Assembly: GCA_963741205.1 (NCBI GenBank)
Contig: CAVUHW010000030.1
Coordinates: 64,001-128,000 of the forward strand
Source of the DNA: Nitrospirota bacterium
GTDB lineage: Bacteria; Nitrospirota; UBA9217
DNA length: 64,000 bases
Direction of reading: 5' to 3'
Part shown: in pieces, positions 31,300-41,227 of the stretch
How the letters are laid out: each line of letters starts with the position of its first letter
Numbering within the stretch: position 1 is the stretch's first letter
Program-made: the position numbers and the translations under genes
The notes under the pieces: generated by a model
What the model was told of the DNA's origin: nothing
The model's input: the letters and a program-made list of their open reading frames with translations, nothing else
Databases searched by the model: none

Positions 31300-31830
31300 A
31301 TGAAAACATACAGAAGAGCAATCCACATCGCTGTGTACATGGTTTTGTTGGGGGCATGGGTAGTTTCGTGCGGAGGAGGTGGAGGCGGAGGGATGTATGG
31401 ATCAGCCCAACCTGCATCGAACCAACCTGCGCCAAAATTAAACACGGGGACCTTGAACGTATCGACTTTGAAGTCCAACGGATATTACTTCAACGTCCAT
31501 ACTGCCGCATTTCCGAACGGCGAGATACGGGGACAGATCCACGTAGATCCGGCAGCTACGGGAACAGTTACGATTACGACGCCCCTGTCTGGATCGGAGG
31601 AAGTGCCGCCTACGATGTCGGCAGGCACGGGTTCCGGAATGCTGACTGTGGACCTTGCAACGGGAACGGCCACGAACATATCGGTGACCTTTTCAGGACT
31701 GTCGGGAACGGCAACTCTGGCGCATATTCATGAAGCACCTGCCGGAGCAAACGGACCAATCGTCATACCCATCAGCCTCGGCAGCAGCCCAGCTCCGCCG
31801 GTAGCACCTACTACCATGCCAACCTATTAA
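31300..31830 (+). CDS. CHRD-domain lipoprotein (permuted motif order)
   Basis: GAGGAGG RBS; VVSC-GGGGGG lipobox; YFNVHT..FPNGEIRGQ, LSGSEEVPP, AHIH.AP.G.NGP motifs. Confidence 0.82.
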   Translation: MKTYRRAIHIAVYMVLLGAWVVSCGGGGGGGMYGSAQPASNQPAPKLNTGTLNVSTLKSNGYYFNVHTAAFPNGEIRGQIHVDPAATGTVTITTPLSGSEEVPPTMSAGTGSGMLTVDLATGTATNISVTFSGLSGTATLAHIHEAPAGANGPIVIPISLGSSPAPPVAPTTMPTY

Positions 31831-32282
31831 GCCTGGAGCCGGCGTCCCTTCGCGTGCGAAAAGACGTCGGCTTTTTGGAAGTCCACGGATCAGAATGGAG
31901 CCTTAGTCAAAAAGCATCATGTCTCCATTTTTTTCTGAGAGACTACCCACCCGTAGCGATGAATTTGAGGTTATGTGAAGAACCAGCCACTGTAATGTGC
32001 TTATTTAAATACTTCTCTCGTATTCGCAGAAAAGTCGCCGCCGGGCCTTCTCCATCGGGTGCCAATCCATTTTCTAACAACAGGGAGGACAAGACTTTTC
32101 TGGCCGATAGGTCAGGGTTATTGGATGGTGGTGATCCCTTTATTGATTTCTGGTACTCGTTGGAAGACAGGGGTGCCGAAGGATCGGCAAGTGGCGGAGA
32201 TGGAGCGTAAATTGGCTCCCAAACCGGAGTGGATTAGGATGCTGTCATATGTTCACTTCTCTCTTTGCTTTTACCCTAAACT

Positions 32283-33113
32283 TCATCCTTTTTTTTCTTC
32301 TTCGTATGCACAGGAATAGCACCTCCACATATCATCCTTAGCGTAGAAGTCCATTCGACCTCCGCACATAGGGCATTTTTTCTGCCATTTCGCATCCTGC
32401 GGTGGAGAAGACTCAAGAATTTCGCTTTTCTGCTCGCCGCCTCTCACTTCCTCACTTCTAATAGAACTTTCACGAGAATCACTCGGCATGATTGGTTGAG
32501 AGGCCGCACTGTGACCGGTTGGTTGAGCGGCCGCGCCTTCAGCAGTAAATTCATCCATTCTTTTTTTGATTGAGGTTATCTCCGCTCCGATATCCGTGAA
32601 AAGCTCCCCCACTGCCTTCTCGACCTGTTCCATTTCCTTTTTCCGTGATGCCATACTATTGAGGATCCCTTGTTCCTCGCTCTCAAGCCGCCCTATGTTT
32701 TCACGCAGCTTCACTATCTCGTCTCTTATCTCCCGCGATTTGGCTTCCATAACCTTAAGCTCGTCGCGCAAGCCGGGGAGGGCAGGCATTAAGCCCTTCT
32801 CGAGTATTTTAAGTTCTTCAAGCTGATTGTTGACGGCCTTAACGATCTCTTGCCGGCTTAGCTTCGAAGTCGTCGACAAGGCTTTGATAGCGGCATTATA
32901 ACGCTGTTTCTCCTCAGGAATGATTTCCTCAAACGATTCAACGAGTTCACGGAATTTTCCGAATATTGTATCCTCACTTGCAATTATTTTTTTTATTTCA
33001 TCGCGGAGAAGATGAATTTTGGATGACAGCTCTTCGCTTCCCTTCAATTTTGTAAAGAGATCGGCAGTCATCCGGGAAAGGCTTTCGCTCCTGTTTTTCT
33101 CCTCAATGCTCAT
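32283..33113 (-). CDS. coiled-coil protein with C-terminal zinc ribbon
   Basis: Long heptad E/K-rich region; CPMCGG...W.CYSC.Y; AGGAGG RBS. Confidence 0.7.
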   Translation of the reverse strand: MSIEEKNRSESLSRMTADLFTKLKGSEELSSKIHLLRDEIKKIIASEDTIFGKFRELVESFEEIIPEEKQRYNAAIKALSTTSKLSRQEIVKAVNNQLEELKILEKGLMPALPGLRDELKVMEAKSREIRDEIVKLRENIGRLESEEQGILNSMASRKKEMEQVEKAVGELFTDIGAEITSIKKRMDEFTAEGAAAQPTGHSAASQPIMPSDSRESSIRSEEVRGGEQKSEILESSPPQDAKWQKKCPMCGGRMDFYAKDDMWRCYSCAYEEEKKG

Positions 33114-33191
33114 TCATTTCCTCCTTGTTACTAAGCCTAGCTTATTTCGTCTGCTTTTCTCCGCATGACAATACACTGTGATTACAGTACA

Positions 33192-33220
33192 ATTCTAGGC
33201 TCTTTCGCTGATTGTGTCAA
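33192..33220 (-). promoter_or_regulatory. sigma70-type promoter
   Basis: TTGACA-N17-TAGAAT upstream of 32283..33113. Confidence 0.6.
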
Positions 33221-33312
33221 ATACTATGCACACTTGTAATCTAATGAACGGCGTAGCAAGGGGATATCGGAAGGCCAATGCCGGCGCAGGGTGCCCGTTT
33301 AGAACAATCGCA

Positions 33313-34203
33313 TCACCGGCCGAGATCAGCTGAAGACTCAATTACTTTTACAAATGACTTCACAAGGGTAGATGAATTATCACTGCGCCAGCCAACTGCG
33401 AGTTTTACAACAGGAGGCGATCCTGACAAGGGTATATACCGCACACCCGGCCGTTTGATATTTTTTATAAAATCCGGAAGGAGACAGACGCCCAATCCGG
33501 AAGCTACGAGACCTAAGACTGTTTGTACCTGACCTGCCTCCTGCGTTATCCTGGGGCTGAACCCGGCAGAATGACACATGCTGATAAAGGCATCGAGAAC
33601 AACCGGCTCGGATGATCGAGTATTCGCAATGAAAGACTCCTGTGCCAACTCCCTGATATAAAGTGATTTGCGGCTCGAGAGAGGATGTTTTTCGGGCAGT
33701 ACCGCCATTAAAGGCGCCAGCGTAAGCGGTTGATATGCAAGCAGGGAATCCGCAGCAACCGGATAGAGGAATCCAACGTCAATGCGCCTGGCGTGAAGTG
33801 ATTTTATCTGTTCCGCTGTATTCAGTTCCTGCAAGACAAGTTCTACCCCCGGGAAGCGTTCCCGGAATAATCGTAGTCCACCAGGCAAAAAAGTATGGAT
33901 CACCGACCCCACAAACCCTACCATGAGACGTCCGGTCTGTCCCTGGTAAATCCTTCTTGCGGTTTTAGCGGCCTGTTCTACATGTAAAAGGAGCTGCCGG
34001 GCTTCCTTCAAGAAGTAAATACCGGCATCCGTCATTTGAATGGCTCGCTTGGTTCTATCAAAAAGCTTTAGCCCAAGTTCATTTTCCAGATTCATGATTT
34101 GTTGACTCAACGGCGGTTGAGCGATATGAAGCCTTTTGGCAGCCCTTCCAAAATGCATTTCCTCAGCCACTGCAACAAAATATTTTAGATGTCTTAGTTC
34201 CAT
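33313..34203 (-). CDS. LysR-family regulator (BenM/CatR/HcaR/AlsR-like)
   Basis: MELRHLKYFVAVAEE.HFGRAA.RLHIAQPPLSQQI..LE.ELG..LF.RT. Confidence 0.93.
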   Translation of the reverse strand: MELRHLKYFVAVAEEMHFGRAAKRLHIAQPPLSQQIMNLENELGLKLFDRTKRAIQMTDAGIYFLKEARQLLLHVEQAAKTARRIYQGQTGRLMVGFVGSVIHTFLPGGLRLFRERFPGVELVLQELNTAEQIKSLHARRIDVGFLYPVAADSLLAYQPLTLAPLMAVLPEKHPLSSRKSLYIRELAQESFIANTRSSEPVVLDAFISMCHSAGFSPRITQEAGQVQTVLGLVASGLGVCLLPDFIKNIKRPGVRYIPLSGSPPVVKLAVGWRSDNSSTLVKSFVKVIESSADLGR

Positions 34204-34223
34204 ATTTAAATAGTATTGTTATG

Positions 34224-34238
34224 ATACTATCAATATAT
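34224..34238. promoter_or_regulatory. putative LysR box
   Basis: ATAC-N7-ATAT (near ATAC-N7-GTAT; fits T-N11-A) in the divergent intergenic region. Confidence 0.5.
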
Positions 34239-34307
34239 TGGACGTATGTCAACTCAATGAGTAAACTATTGATCAGAGACAAATTCCGTTCCATGAAAGG
34301 AGGCAAT

Positions 34308-34493
34308 ATGAAGATCATGGTTAGTAAAAAAACGGTTGAAGCTGCAAAATATTTTAAAGAGGAAGTACTCGAAATTATGCCCAATATCTCCCTGGAGGAG
34401 CTCTCCGATATGGTAGGTCAGTACATCTATTATCAGCAAGCGGGTGTCAGCAAGGACCTGGCACATGCGGTAGTTGAGGAAACCTGCATGTAG
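34308..34493 (+). CDS. 61-aa small protein divergent from LysR
   Basis: AAAGGAGG RBS, MKIMVSKKTVEAAKYFKEEVLEIMP... Confidence 0.7.
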   Translation: MKIMVSKKTVEAAKYFKEEVLEIMPNISLEELSDMVGQYIYYQQAGVSKDLAHAVVEETCM

Positions 34494-34605
34494 TAAGAAA
34501 TCGCCCAGACGACCTCGGCCGATGCTGCGCCAGGGCGGGGATGGTGCAGAGCGTATAGGTAAAGAAGACAGTATCCGTGGTTAATATTTCCCGCAAACTA
34601 GAGCC

Positions 34606-34638
34606 TGCGGCTACCACGTGTAATACCAGGTAGCCGCA
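34606..34638. terminator. hairpin between convergent genes
   Basis: TGCGGCTACC-N13-GGTAGCCGCA. Confidence 0.45.
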
Positions 34639-34704
34639 CCCCTCAGGATGTATTCTTTGGCTTCTTCGTAATCTTCGTGTGAAAACCCTTCTATTGTAAT
34701 TTTT

Positions 34705-36936
34705 TCAGATTCTATTCTTACTGAACGCATCCTTCAGCCCGTCCAGGTCCGCCTGCGGCTTTTCTTTCTTCAGCACTCCAAGCTTTTTCTCAGTGAGCTT
34801 CTCCGGGTTCTTCTTGAGTGAAAGCGATATCCTCTTCCTGGCCACATCCGCTTCCAGAACCGTGACCATCACCTTCTGATGGACCTTCACAGCCTCGTTC
34901 GGGTCCTTGATGTACTTGTCAGAAAGCTGGCTGATGTGCGCCAGACCGTCCTGGTGCACGCCGATGTCGATGAACGCGCCGAAAGCGGTAATGTTCGTCA
35001 CCACACCGGGAAGCTTCATGCCCGGCTTCACATCCTCTATCTTCTTCACCCCTTCGGCAAAGCTGAACGCTTCGAACTTGTCCCGGGGGTCGCGGCCTGG
35101 CTTGGCCAGCTCTGCCATAATATCCTTGAGCGTGGGTAGGCCTGTCGTCTCGGTCACATACGTATTGAGATCGATCTTCTTCCGCAGCTCTTCCTTAAGC
35201 ATCAGTTCCCGGACGGAACAGTTCAGGTCCTTTGCCATTTGATCGACAACGTGATAGCTTTCCGGATGGACCGAGCTTGTATCGAGCGGATTCTCGGCAT
35301 TATGGATGCGCAGGAATCCCGCTGCCTGCTCGAAGGTCTTCGGCCCGAGTTTGGGCACCTTTTTCAATTCCTGCCGGCTGCGGAAGGGCCCGTTTGCGTT
35401 CCTGTATGAGACGATGTTGCCGGCCAGCTGCGGCCCCAGCCCTGAAACATAGGTCAGCAGTTGCTTGCTCGACGTGTTCACCTCGACGCCAACGGCATTC
35501 ACACAACGCACCACCGTGTCGTCCAAGCCCTGCTTGAGCGCGTTCTGGTCCACGTCATGCTGATATTGGCCCACGCCGATGGCCTTGGGGTCTATCTTGA
35601 CCAACTCTGCAAGGGGGTCCATCAGACGCCTGCCGATGCATACAGCCCCGCGAACCGTTATATCATGGTCGGGGAATTCCTCGCGGGCGACTTCTGACGC
35701 GGAGTAGACCGAAGCGCCGCTCTCGCTCACCATCACGATCTGGATTGTGGAAGGCAGTCCCAGCTGCCGCACAAAGGACTCCGTCTCCCGTCCGGCTGTC
35801 CCGTTTCCGATGGCAATCGCCTCGATGTCGTATTTCCGGCACAGATCGATGATCTTCGTACCGGCCTCTCCTGTATTCTTTTCCGAGAAATGCGGATAGA
35901 CGGTGTCGTTCGCAAGCAGTTTTCCCTGCCTGTCCACGCATACCACTTTGCACCCGGTCCGGAAACCGGGGTCAATAGCAAGCACGTTCTTCTGGCCCAG
36001 GGGCGGAGAGAGCAGCAGCTGCCGGAGGTTCTCGACGAATACGCGGATCGCCTCTCCGTCAGCGCGCAGCTTGGTCGCGACCCGCATCTCGGTCTCCATG
36101 GACAGGGAAAGCAGTCGCTTGTAACTGTCGTGGACGGCCAGTTTCATCTGAGCCGAAGCAGGATTACCAGGTTTCAAGAACAGTGCTTCAAGGAGCGCCA
36201 GGGCCTCTTCCTCGGGCGGATTAACCCGCAGGCTCAGGAACCCTTCCTTCTCTCCCCTCCTCATGGCAAGGATGCGGTGTGAAGGCGCTGCTGCAACCGG
36301 TTCATGCCAGTCGAAGTAGTCCCTGTACTTGCTCCCCTCTTCCTCTTTACCGGTGATGACCTTTGTCCGGAACATCCCCTTCGCAGTATACAGTTCGCGC
36401 ATCCTTGCCCGGGCGTTCTGGTCTTCGTTCACCCACTCGGCAATGATGTCCCGGGCGCCTGCCAGAGCATCTTCCGGGGTCTTGACGGCCTTGTCCGCAT
36501 CCACGAATGCGGCTGCAGCTGCGGCAAGATCGAGCCCCTGTTCCTGGGAGAATATGTTCTGCGCGAGCGGTTCCAGTCCCTTCTCCCTGGCAACGGTTCC
36601 TTTGGTCCTACGCTTGGGCCGATACGGCAGGTAGATGTCCTCGAGCGCGGTCATGGTCTCGGCTGCAAGCACCTTGGTTTTGAGCTCTTCCGTCAGCTTT
36701 CCAGTCTCTTCCAGCGAGTTCAGGATCGCCTCTTTACGTTTGTCCAGCTCCCTAAGCATGGCCAGCCGTTCTCGGATGGCCGTAACCGCCACTTCGTCGA
36801 GCGAGCCCGTAGCCTCTTTCCGGTAGCGGGAGATGAAGGGCACGGTCGCGCCTTCATCGAGCAGGGTTGCGCACGCAAAAACCTGCCTTTCGGAGATTGA
36901 CAGTTCCTGGGCGATTTTTAGGTTATGAGATATCAT
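34705..36936 (-). CDS. tex: Tex family RNA-binding transcriptional accessory protein
   Basis: LLDEGATVPFISRYRKEATGSLDE, LEDIYLPYRPKRRT, DPGFRTGCK, RRLMDPLAELVKIDPK.IGVGQYQHDV, C-terminal S1. Confidence 0.95.
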   Translation of the reverse strand: MISHNLKIAQELSISERQVFACATLLDEGATVPFISRYRKEATGSLDEVAVTAIRERLAMLRELDKRKEAILNSLEETGKLTEELKTKVLAAETMTALEDIYLPYRPKRRTKGTVAREKGLEPLAQNIFSQEQGLDLAAAAAAFVDADKAVKTPEDALAGARDIIAEWVNEDQNARARMRELYTAKGMFRTKVITGKEEEGSKYRDYFDWHEPVAAAPSHRILAMRRGEKEGFLSLRVNPPEEEALALLEALFLKPGNPASAQMKLAVHDSYKRLLSLSMETEMRVATKLRADGEAIRVFVENLRQLLLSPPLGQKNVLAIDPGFRTGCKVVCVDRQGKLLANDTVYPHFSEKNTGEAGTKIIDLCRKYDIEAIAIGNGTAGRETESFVRQLGLPSTIQIVMVSESGASVYSASEVAREEFPDHDITVRGAVCIGRRLMDPLAELVKIDPKAIGVGQYQHDVDQNALKQGLDDTVVRCVNAVGVEVNTSSKQLLTYVSGLGPQLAGNIVSYRNANGPFRSRQELKKVPKLGPKTFEQAAGFLRIHNAENPLDTSSVHPESYHVVDQMAKDLNCSVRELMLKEELRKKIDLNTYVTETTGLPTLKDIMAELAKPGRDPRDKFEAFSFAEGVKKIEDVKPGMKLPGVVTNITAFGAFIDIGVHQDGLAHISQLSDKYIKDPNEAVKVHQKVMVTVLEADVARKRISLSLKKNPEKLTEKKLGVLKKEKPQADLDGLKDAFSKNRI

Positions 36937-37220
36937 GAGAATCCTTAAGGTCTTTTTTGCCGGGAAGCCCGTGAAGGGTACGAGGTTTTGTTTTCTACCA
37001 TCAACGGCGGGGCATATTAACAAAAGGAAGGGAAAATGTAAAGTACAAGAAGGTCCACAGCGAGGTGAACCGGCATGAGTTCGAGTTCATCTGGTCACAT
37101 GCGCGTGAGAATAAGTCAAAAGCCGCTTAGATTCCGGGAACTTGCCACGTATCCCCCTGCGCTGTGCTATACTCCCTGTATATTTGTTATAACGGAATAG
37201 GTAAAAAAGGGGGTCTCATC

Positions 37221-37499
37221 ATGGTTACTGCGATTGTCCTCTTGACCATCACAAAAAATAGAATTAATGAGGCAGCTGATGAAATAGCGGCAATAAAGGA
37301 GATTTCAGAAGTTTACTCAATAACCGGACTACACGATTTAGCTGCTATTGTAAGAGCGCCCGACAACGACACCCTTGCTACCGTGATTACAACCCAGGTT
37401 CTCAAGATAGAGGGGGTAATGAAATCCGAAACCATGTTTGCCTTTAGAACATATTCCCGACACGACCTTGAGGGAATGTTCAGCGTGGGAATGCAGTAA
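37221..37499 (+). CDS. stand-alone Lrp/AsnC ligand-binding domain protein
   Basis: MVTAIVLL...EVYSITG.HDL.AIVR...I.GV..SET..AFR.YSRHDLE.MFSVG. Confidence 0.85.
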   Translation: MVTAIVLLTITKNRINEAADEIAAIKEISEVYSITGLHDLAAIVRAPDNDTLATVITTQVLKIEGVMKSETMFAFRTYSRHDLEGMFSVGMQ

Positions 37500-37603
37500 T
37501 GCTCCCTTTCGCCCCGTCCTTCATCAGCCCACAGCTGTTATAATCCGCACGAGCAGGCTCTGTCGTCAAAAGGTCATGGAAGGCAAGAACGAAAGGATGC
37601 CCT

Positions 37604-37792
37604 ATGTTGGAAGCAAAGGATTTTGCCACCGGATGCCTGACGATAATCCTCTGTGCAGTTTTAATCCCGCTCTTTTTTCTGGTCTTTAAGCTGACTCTAT
37701 TTTTTGCAATCTTTTTTGCGATACTGACAGGGATTATCTTAGGGATAACTATTTTGGGAAGGATTGTGAGACTCTTTATATCGGGGAAATGA
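37604..37792 (+). CDS. small two-TM membrane protein
   Basis: 62-aa hydrophobic ORF with AAGGA RBS. Confidence 0.55.
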   Translation: MLEAKDFATGCLTIILCAVLIPLFFLVFKLTLFFAIFFAILTGIILGITILGRIVRLFISGK

Positions 37793-37860
37793 CGTTCTGC
37801 CTCCGTGGAATGCCCGCCTGCTGGAATACACGCCTCGCCGTATCCGACTTTAAACTGCCT

Positions 37861-39423
37861 TTATCCTGCCCCTTCTGCCGTCCCCGGAAAAAGGAGCGTC
37901 TGGTCCTTTCGGAGCTGGGGGAAGCTCTCTTCCGGCATAGTGAAAACGTTCTTGAAAACCCTGTTCATCACGGAGACGAGCTGGCGGAATTTGTATGCGT
38001 CATGGTGCGAGTCCCCGGTCTGTTCCGAGGCGCGCCAGCTCTCCACATCGGATATGCGCAGCTCCACGCCCAGCGTATGCTGCTCGGTCTTCTTGCTTAC
38101 CTGGTTTCTCCCGGCATAGAGCGGCGTACCGGGGATCATGATCTCGTTCGTATCCGCGGCCCGGTGGATCGGCAGGGAAAAGGCGATCTTGCACTGGAAC
38201 TTTCTATGTCCCCGGGAGGTATAGAGGTTCTTTTCCGCGTTCATGCCCAACGCTTCATAGAACTGCCTCGCATGCGCGAGCAAACTTCCCTCTTCGGGCA
38301 TTTCATTGACTCCCCCGCTTTTGGCCAGGCTGATCATCAGTCTCCTGACCGCTTCCTTCATGCTCTCCGGACGGTCGAAGAGCGTCTGGGTCACGGAGTG
38401 CGAGGCAGTGTTTTCCTGGAGGATCACCCCCCGTTTCTGAAGCGCGTGAAAAAGTTTCAGCGTGTCATCCATGCTCTTCAGTATGAAGGTGATCGCGAGG
38501 ATGTCCCTGATATCGAATGCCTCACCTTCCACGTCCTTCCCAAGCTTGGTGACCATGCTTTCCGGGCTCTTTAACCGGGCCCTGATCTCGGCAATATCGA
38601 CATTGACGCCGTCCCCGCTGTTGAAGACCAGGCAGCCCTTCGATTGATCGTAGGCCAGCGACTCCCTCAGCCGGTGAAAAAACAGGGAGATCTTGACGAA
38701 GGCCCTCTGGGCGGGTTCGGTCCGGGGAATATGGGCCGGGTGTTCCCAATCGTAATGGTAGAGATCATCGAGGCTCTGGCCTTGGGACTCCAGAAAGAAG
38801 CCCAGTTGGGCATAATCATTGATGTCCTGGCTGTCCTCCTCGACCGACTTGATCAGATGGCACATCTTGAGCAGGGAGCAGGCCGCCTGCTGCCATGACG
38901 CCGGCACGTCCAGGGAACTCCCCTGGTAGCCCGAGAAAACATACGGATATTTCCTAGAGGAGGCGAGAAGAAAGAGGTGGCGGGGATCTTCGTCCGCGAT
39001 GCGCCGGAAATCCGGGTTCTGCAGGACCGCTGCCGTTTCTCCGACCGCCCTCAGGCAGTCACGGTAAAGACCTGCGTTCGAAGACCGCAAGGCGGCCAGC
39101 CCTTCCAGCTGTTTCGTCACAAAGGGAAAGAGCCAGGCGAACAGGTAGGTGTACGCGCGCTTGATGTAGTGTGCCGCTCTTTCACGCTCGCTGTCCGAAA
39201 GCTCGTCGCCGCCAAGCGTGTCAAAACCGCGGTTTGCCATCATCCGTGTGGCCTGTTTCAGGGATGTTGCATAATCCCGCGCGGGCAGCAGGAGAAACGG
39301 CGTCATCTCGGTTCTCTCAAGGATGGAACCGAAGATCTCATGATGAAGTTCCTGATCAGTCGACGTATCATCCATGTGCCACGCTCCGGGTAACGAGTCT
39401 CTGTTCTTTTCCGTTTTTTGCAA
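37861..39423 (-). CDS. divergent RelA/SpoT-like nucleotidyltransferase (resembles TIGR04552/TIGR04562 families)
   Basis: RLKSPESMVTK, DIRDILAITF, VELRISD, HHDAYK.RQ motifs; start may be 39375. Confidence 0.65.
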   Translation of the reverse strand: MQKTEKNRDSLPGAWHMDDTSTDQELHHEIFGSILERTEMTPFLLLPARDYATSLKQATRMMANRGFDTLGGDELSDSERERAAHYIKRAYTYLFAWLFPFVTKQLEGLAALRSSNAGLYRDCLRAVGETAAVLQNPDFRRIADEDPRHLFLLASSRKYPYVFSGYQGSSLDVPASWQQAACSLLKMCHLIKSVEEDSQDINDYAQLGFFLESQGQSLDDLYHYDWEHPAHIPRTEPAQRAFVKISLFFHRLRESLAYDQSKGCLVFNSGDGVNVDIAEIRARLKSPESMVTKLGKDVEGEAFDIRDILAITFILKSMDDTLKLFHALQKRGVILQENTASHSVTQTLFDRPESMKEAVRRLMISLAKSGGVNEMPEEGSLLAHARQFYEALGMNAEKNLYTSRGHRKFQCKIAFSLPIHRAADTNEIMIPGTPLYAGRNQVSKKTEQHTLGVELRISDVESWRASEQTGDSHHDAYKFRQLVSVMNRVFKNVFTMPEESFPQLRKDQTLLFPGTAEGAG

Positions 39424-39506
39424 CCGCTTTCACCCGGACAAAACGAGCATTCAGGGGCGGTATAATCCGGCTCCGGTGTTCGTCCGGACGGCGGGGCCCG
39501 TCCATG

Positions 39507-39536
39507 AAAAAAGCCCTCACGGTAACCCGTGAGGGC
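39507..39536 (-). terminator. intrinsic terminator after triheme cytochrome
   Basis: GCCCTCACGG/CCGTGAGGGC stem followed by TTTTTT on the minus strand. Confidence 0.8.
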
Positions 39537-39557
39537 CTGCTGCCGGATAATGACATC

Positions 39558-39880
39558 TTACTTCTTGTGGCACTTTGCACAATTGGCTGGGTCCTTCACG
39601 GAAAAAGCCTTGGTGCCGTTATGGCATGCGCCGCAGTTCTTGCCGGCTTCCATGTCCTTCATGGTGAGGACATCGCCGCCCTTCTTCATCTTGAAGAGGC
39701 CGGATGATGGCAATCTGCGCACTTGATGCCTTTGTCGGCGTGCATCTTGCCGTCAAAAACGACCTTGCCGGCGCCTTTGCCGTCGAACTCGACTGTCTTG
39801 CCTGCCGGAACTGCGAAAGCAGTCATCGACAAGGCGAGCGTTACGACAACTACGAGGGCCAATACGAAAAATTTCTTCAT
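39558..39880 (-). CDS. periplasmic c7-type triheme cytochrome c; 1 frameshift
   Basis: Signal peptide; G.V.FDG..H; CADCH, CGACH, CAKCH. Confidence 0.88.
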
Positions 39881-39964
39881 TGTAGGTTTCACCTCCTTCC
39901 GGGTTGGAATAAATAAATCAGCGCACGAAATCGCGCCGGATGAAAAACACCGGCTGTTCCCTGC

Positions 39965-40941
39965 TTAGATGAATGCCTTCGGGCTGCGGTACTCGTGACA
40001 GGCGACGCAGTCCTTCTTCGCCGACGCCTCGGTCACTCTCCAGAGATGCGGTTTATGGCAGTCCTTGCACTGCATGTCCATGGCGAGATGGAGTTTGTGC
40101 TTGCCGATCTTCGGCACGCCGTTATGGCACCGCATGCAGTCCTCGCTCTTGGGCTTCACCTTGCCCGGGGTGTGCGGCTTGTGGCATTCATAGCAGTAGA
40201 ACTGCATGGGAGATTTTTCATCGAAGGAGATCTTGATCGCCTTCTTGATCGTCGCCGGATCCGGCGCGAAGAACCGCACATCCATCGTGGCGTCTTCCTT
40301 GAGCTGACTTCTTTATGCTCTCATCCGTGCTGTGGCAGTACAGGCACTTCAACCGCCCGGGCCTGAGGTCCTTGGTCCGGTCGGTATGGCAGTTGATGCA
40401 GGCCAGTCCGCCCATGCCCTCGCCGTGCACCTGCTTTCCCTTGTGGCACTTGGTGCAGAACTTTTCCGTGGGAAGGAAGTGGTGCAGACCGCTCTTGTCC
40501 GCCTTCACCTCTCCGTGGCACTCGGTGCATTCGATCTGCTCCATGTACACGTGCTTGGCGTGGAACAGCGACTTGTTGATCCGCTTGGCCTTTCCTTCCG
40601 TATGGCACTGTGTTGCACGTTTTCGAGCTCACAATGACCTGCCCTTTGTGCCGCTCGGGAACCTGCGGTCGGTCGATGCAGCACAAAGCTGATAAGAGCT
40701 GGTTCTGTTCCGGAATCGTCAGGTGATGACAATCATGGCAGTTGAGCGTCTTGTGTTCGCTCTGGGACCAGCTGTCATAGGCCGGCTGCATGAGATGGCA
40801 GCCAACGCAGAATTTGGGATTGTTCTGGGTAAAATCGTAGAACTTGTAGGCGACGTAGCTGCCGCCGCTCACGATGATGAGGATGAGCGCCGTAATGAGC
40901 AGCTTGGCCTTCAGGGAAATGGGCTCTTTCAGCCGTTCCAT
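39965..40941 (-). CDS. membrane-anchored multiheme cytochrome c (~11 CxxCH, NapC/NirT-like N-terminus); frameshifted
   Basis: TM then CVGCH, CHDCH, one frame-broken C..CH, CTECH, CTKCH, CINCH, CLYCH, CYECH, CMRCH, CKDCH, CVACH. Confidence 0.85.
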
Positions 40942-41163
40942 GAGCCTGTGCCAACTTTTCTCTAAACCAACTAATCAACTTCGCGTACCCTCCTGCACAA
41001 ACCGGCAAATAAAACAACCGAGATTCTTTAGTCACTAAGCCCACACTTATATCACAGGTGATGGGGCTGTGTCAATAGTATATTGCACGGCGAATTCGAC
41101 CCGTGAAAAAGGTACCAGCGCAACCACGAAGCAGCTTGCTGCACGTTGCGGCATGACCGAAAT

Positions 41164-41193
41164 AGGGCGGGACCCGATATCCGGTCCCGCCCT
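41164..41193 (-). terminator. hairpin after the NrfD-like gene
   Basis: AGGGCGGGACC/GGTCCCGCCCT. Confidence 0.6.
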
Positions 41194-41227
41194 GAAGAAT
41201 AACCGAACTTGCCTCGAACAAGGCGCC

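Noticed and set aside
30780-32280. Short ORFs flanking the CHRD gene (30914..31120, 31854..32210, 32059..32319)
   Set aside because: No recognisable motifs, atypical composition and weak RBS; probably intergenic or decayed DNA
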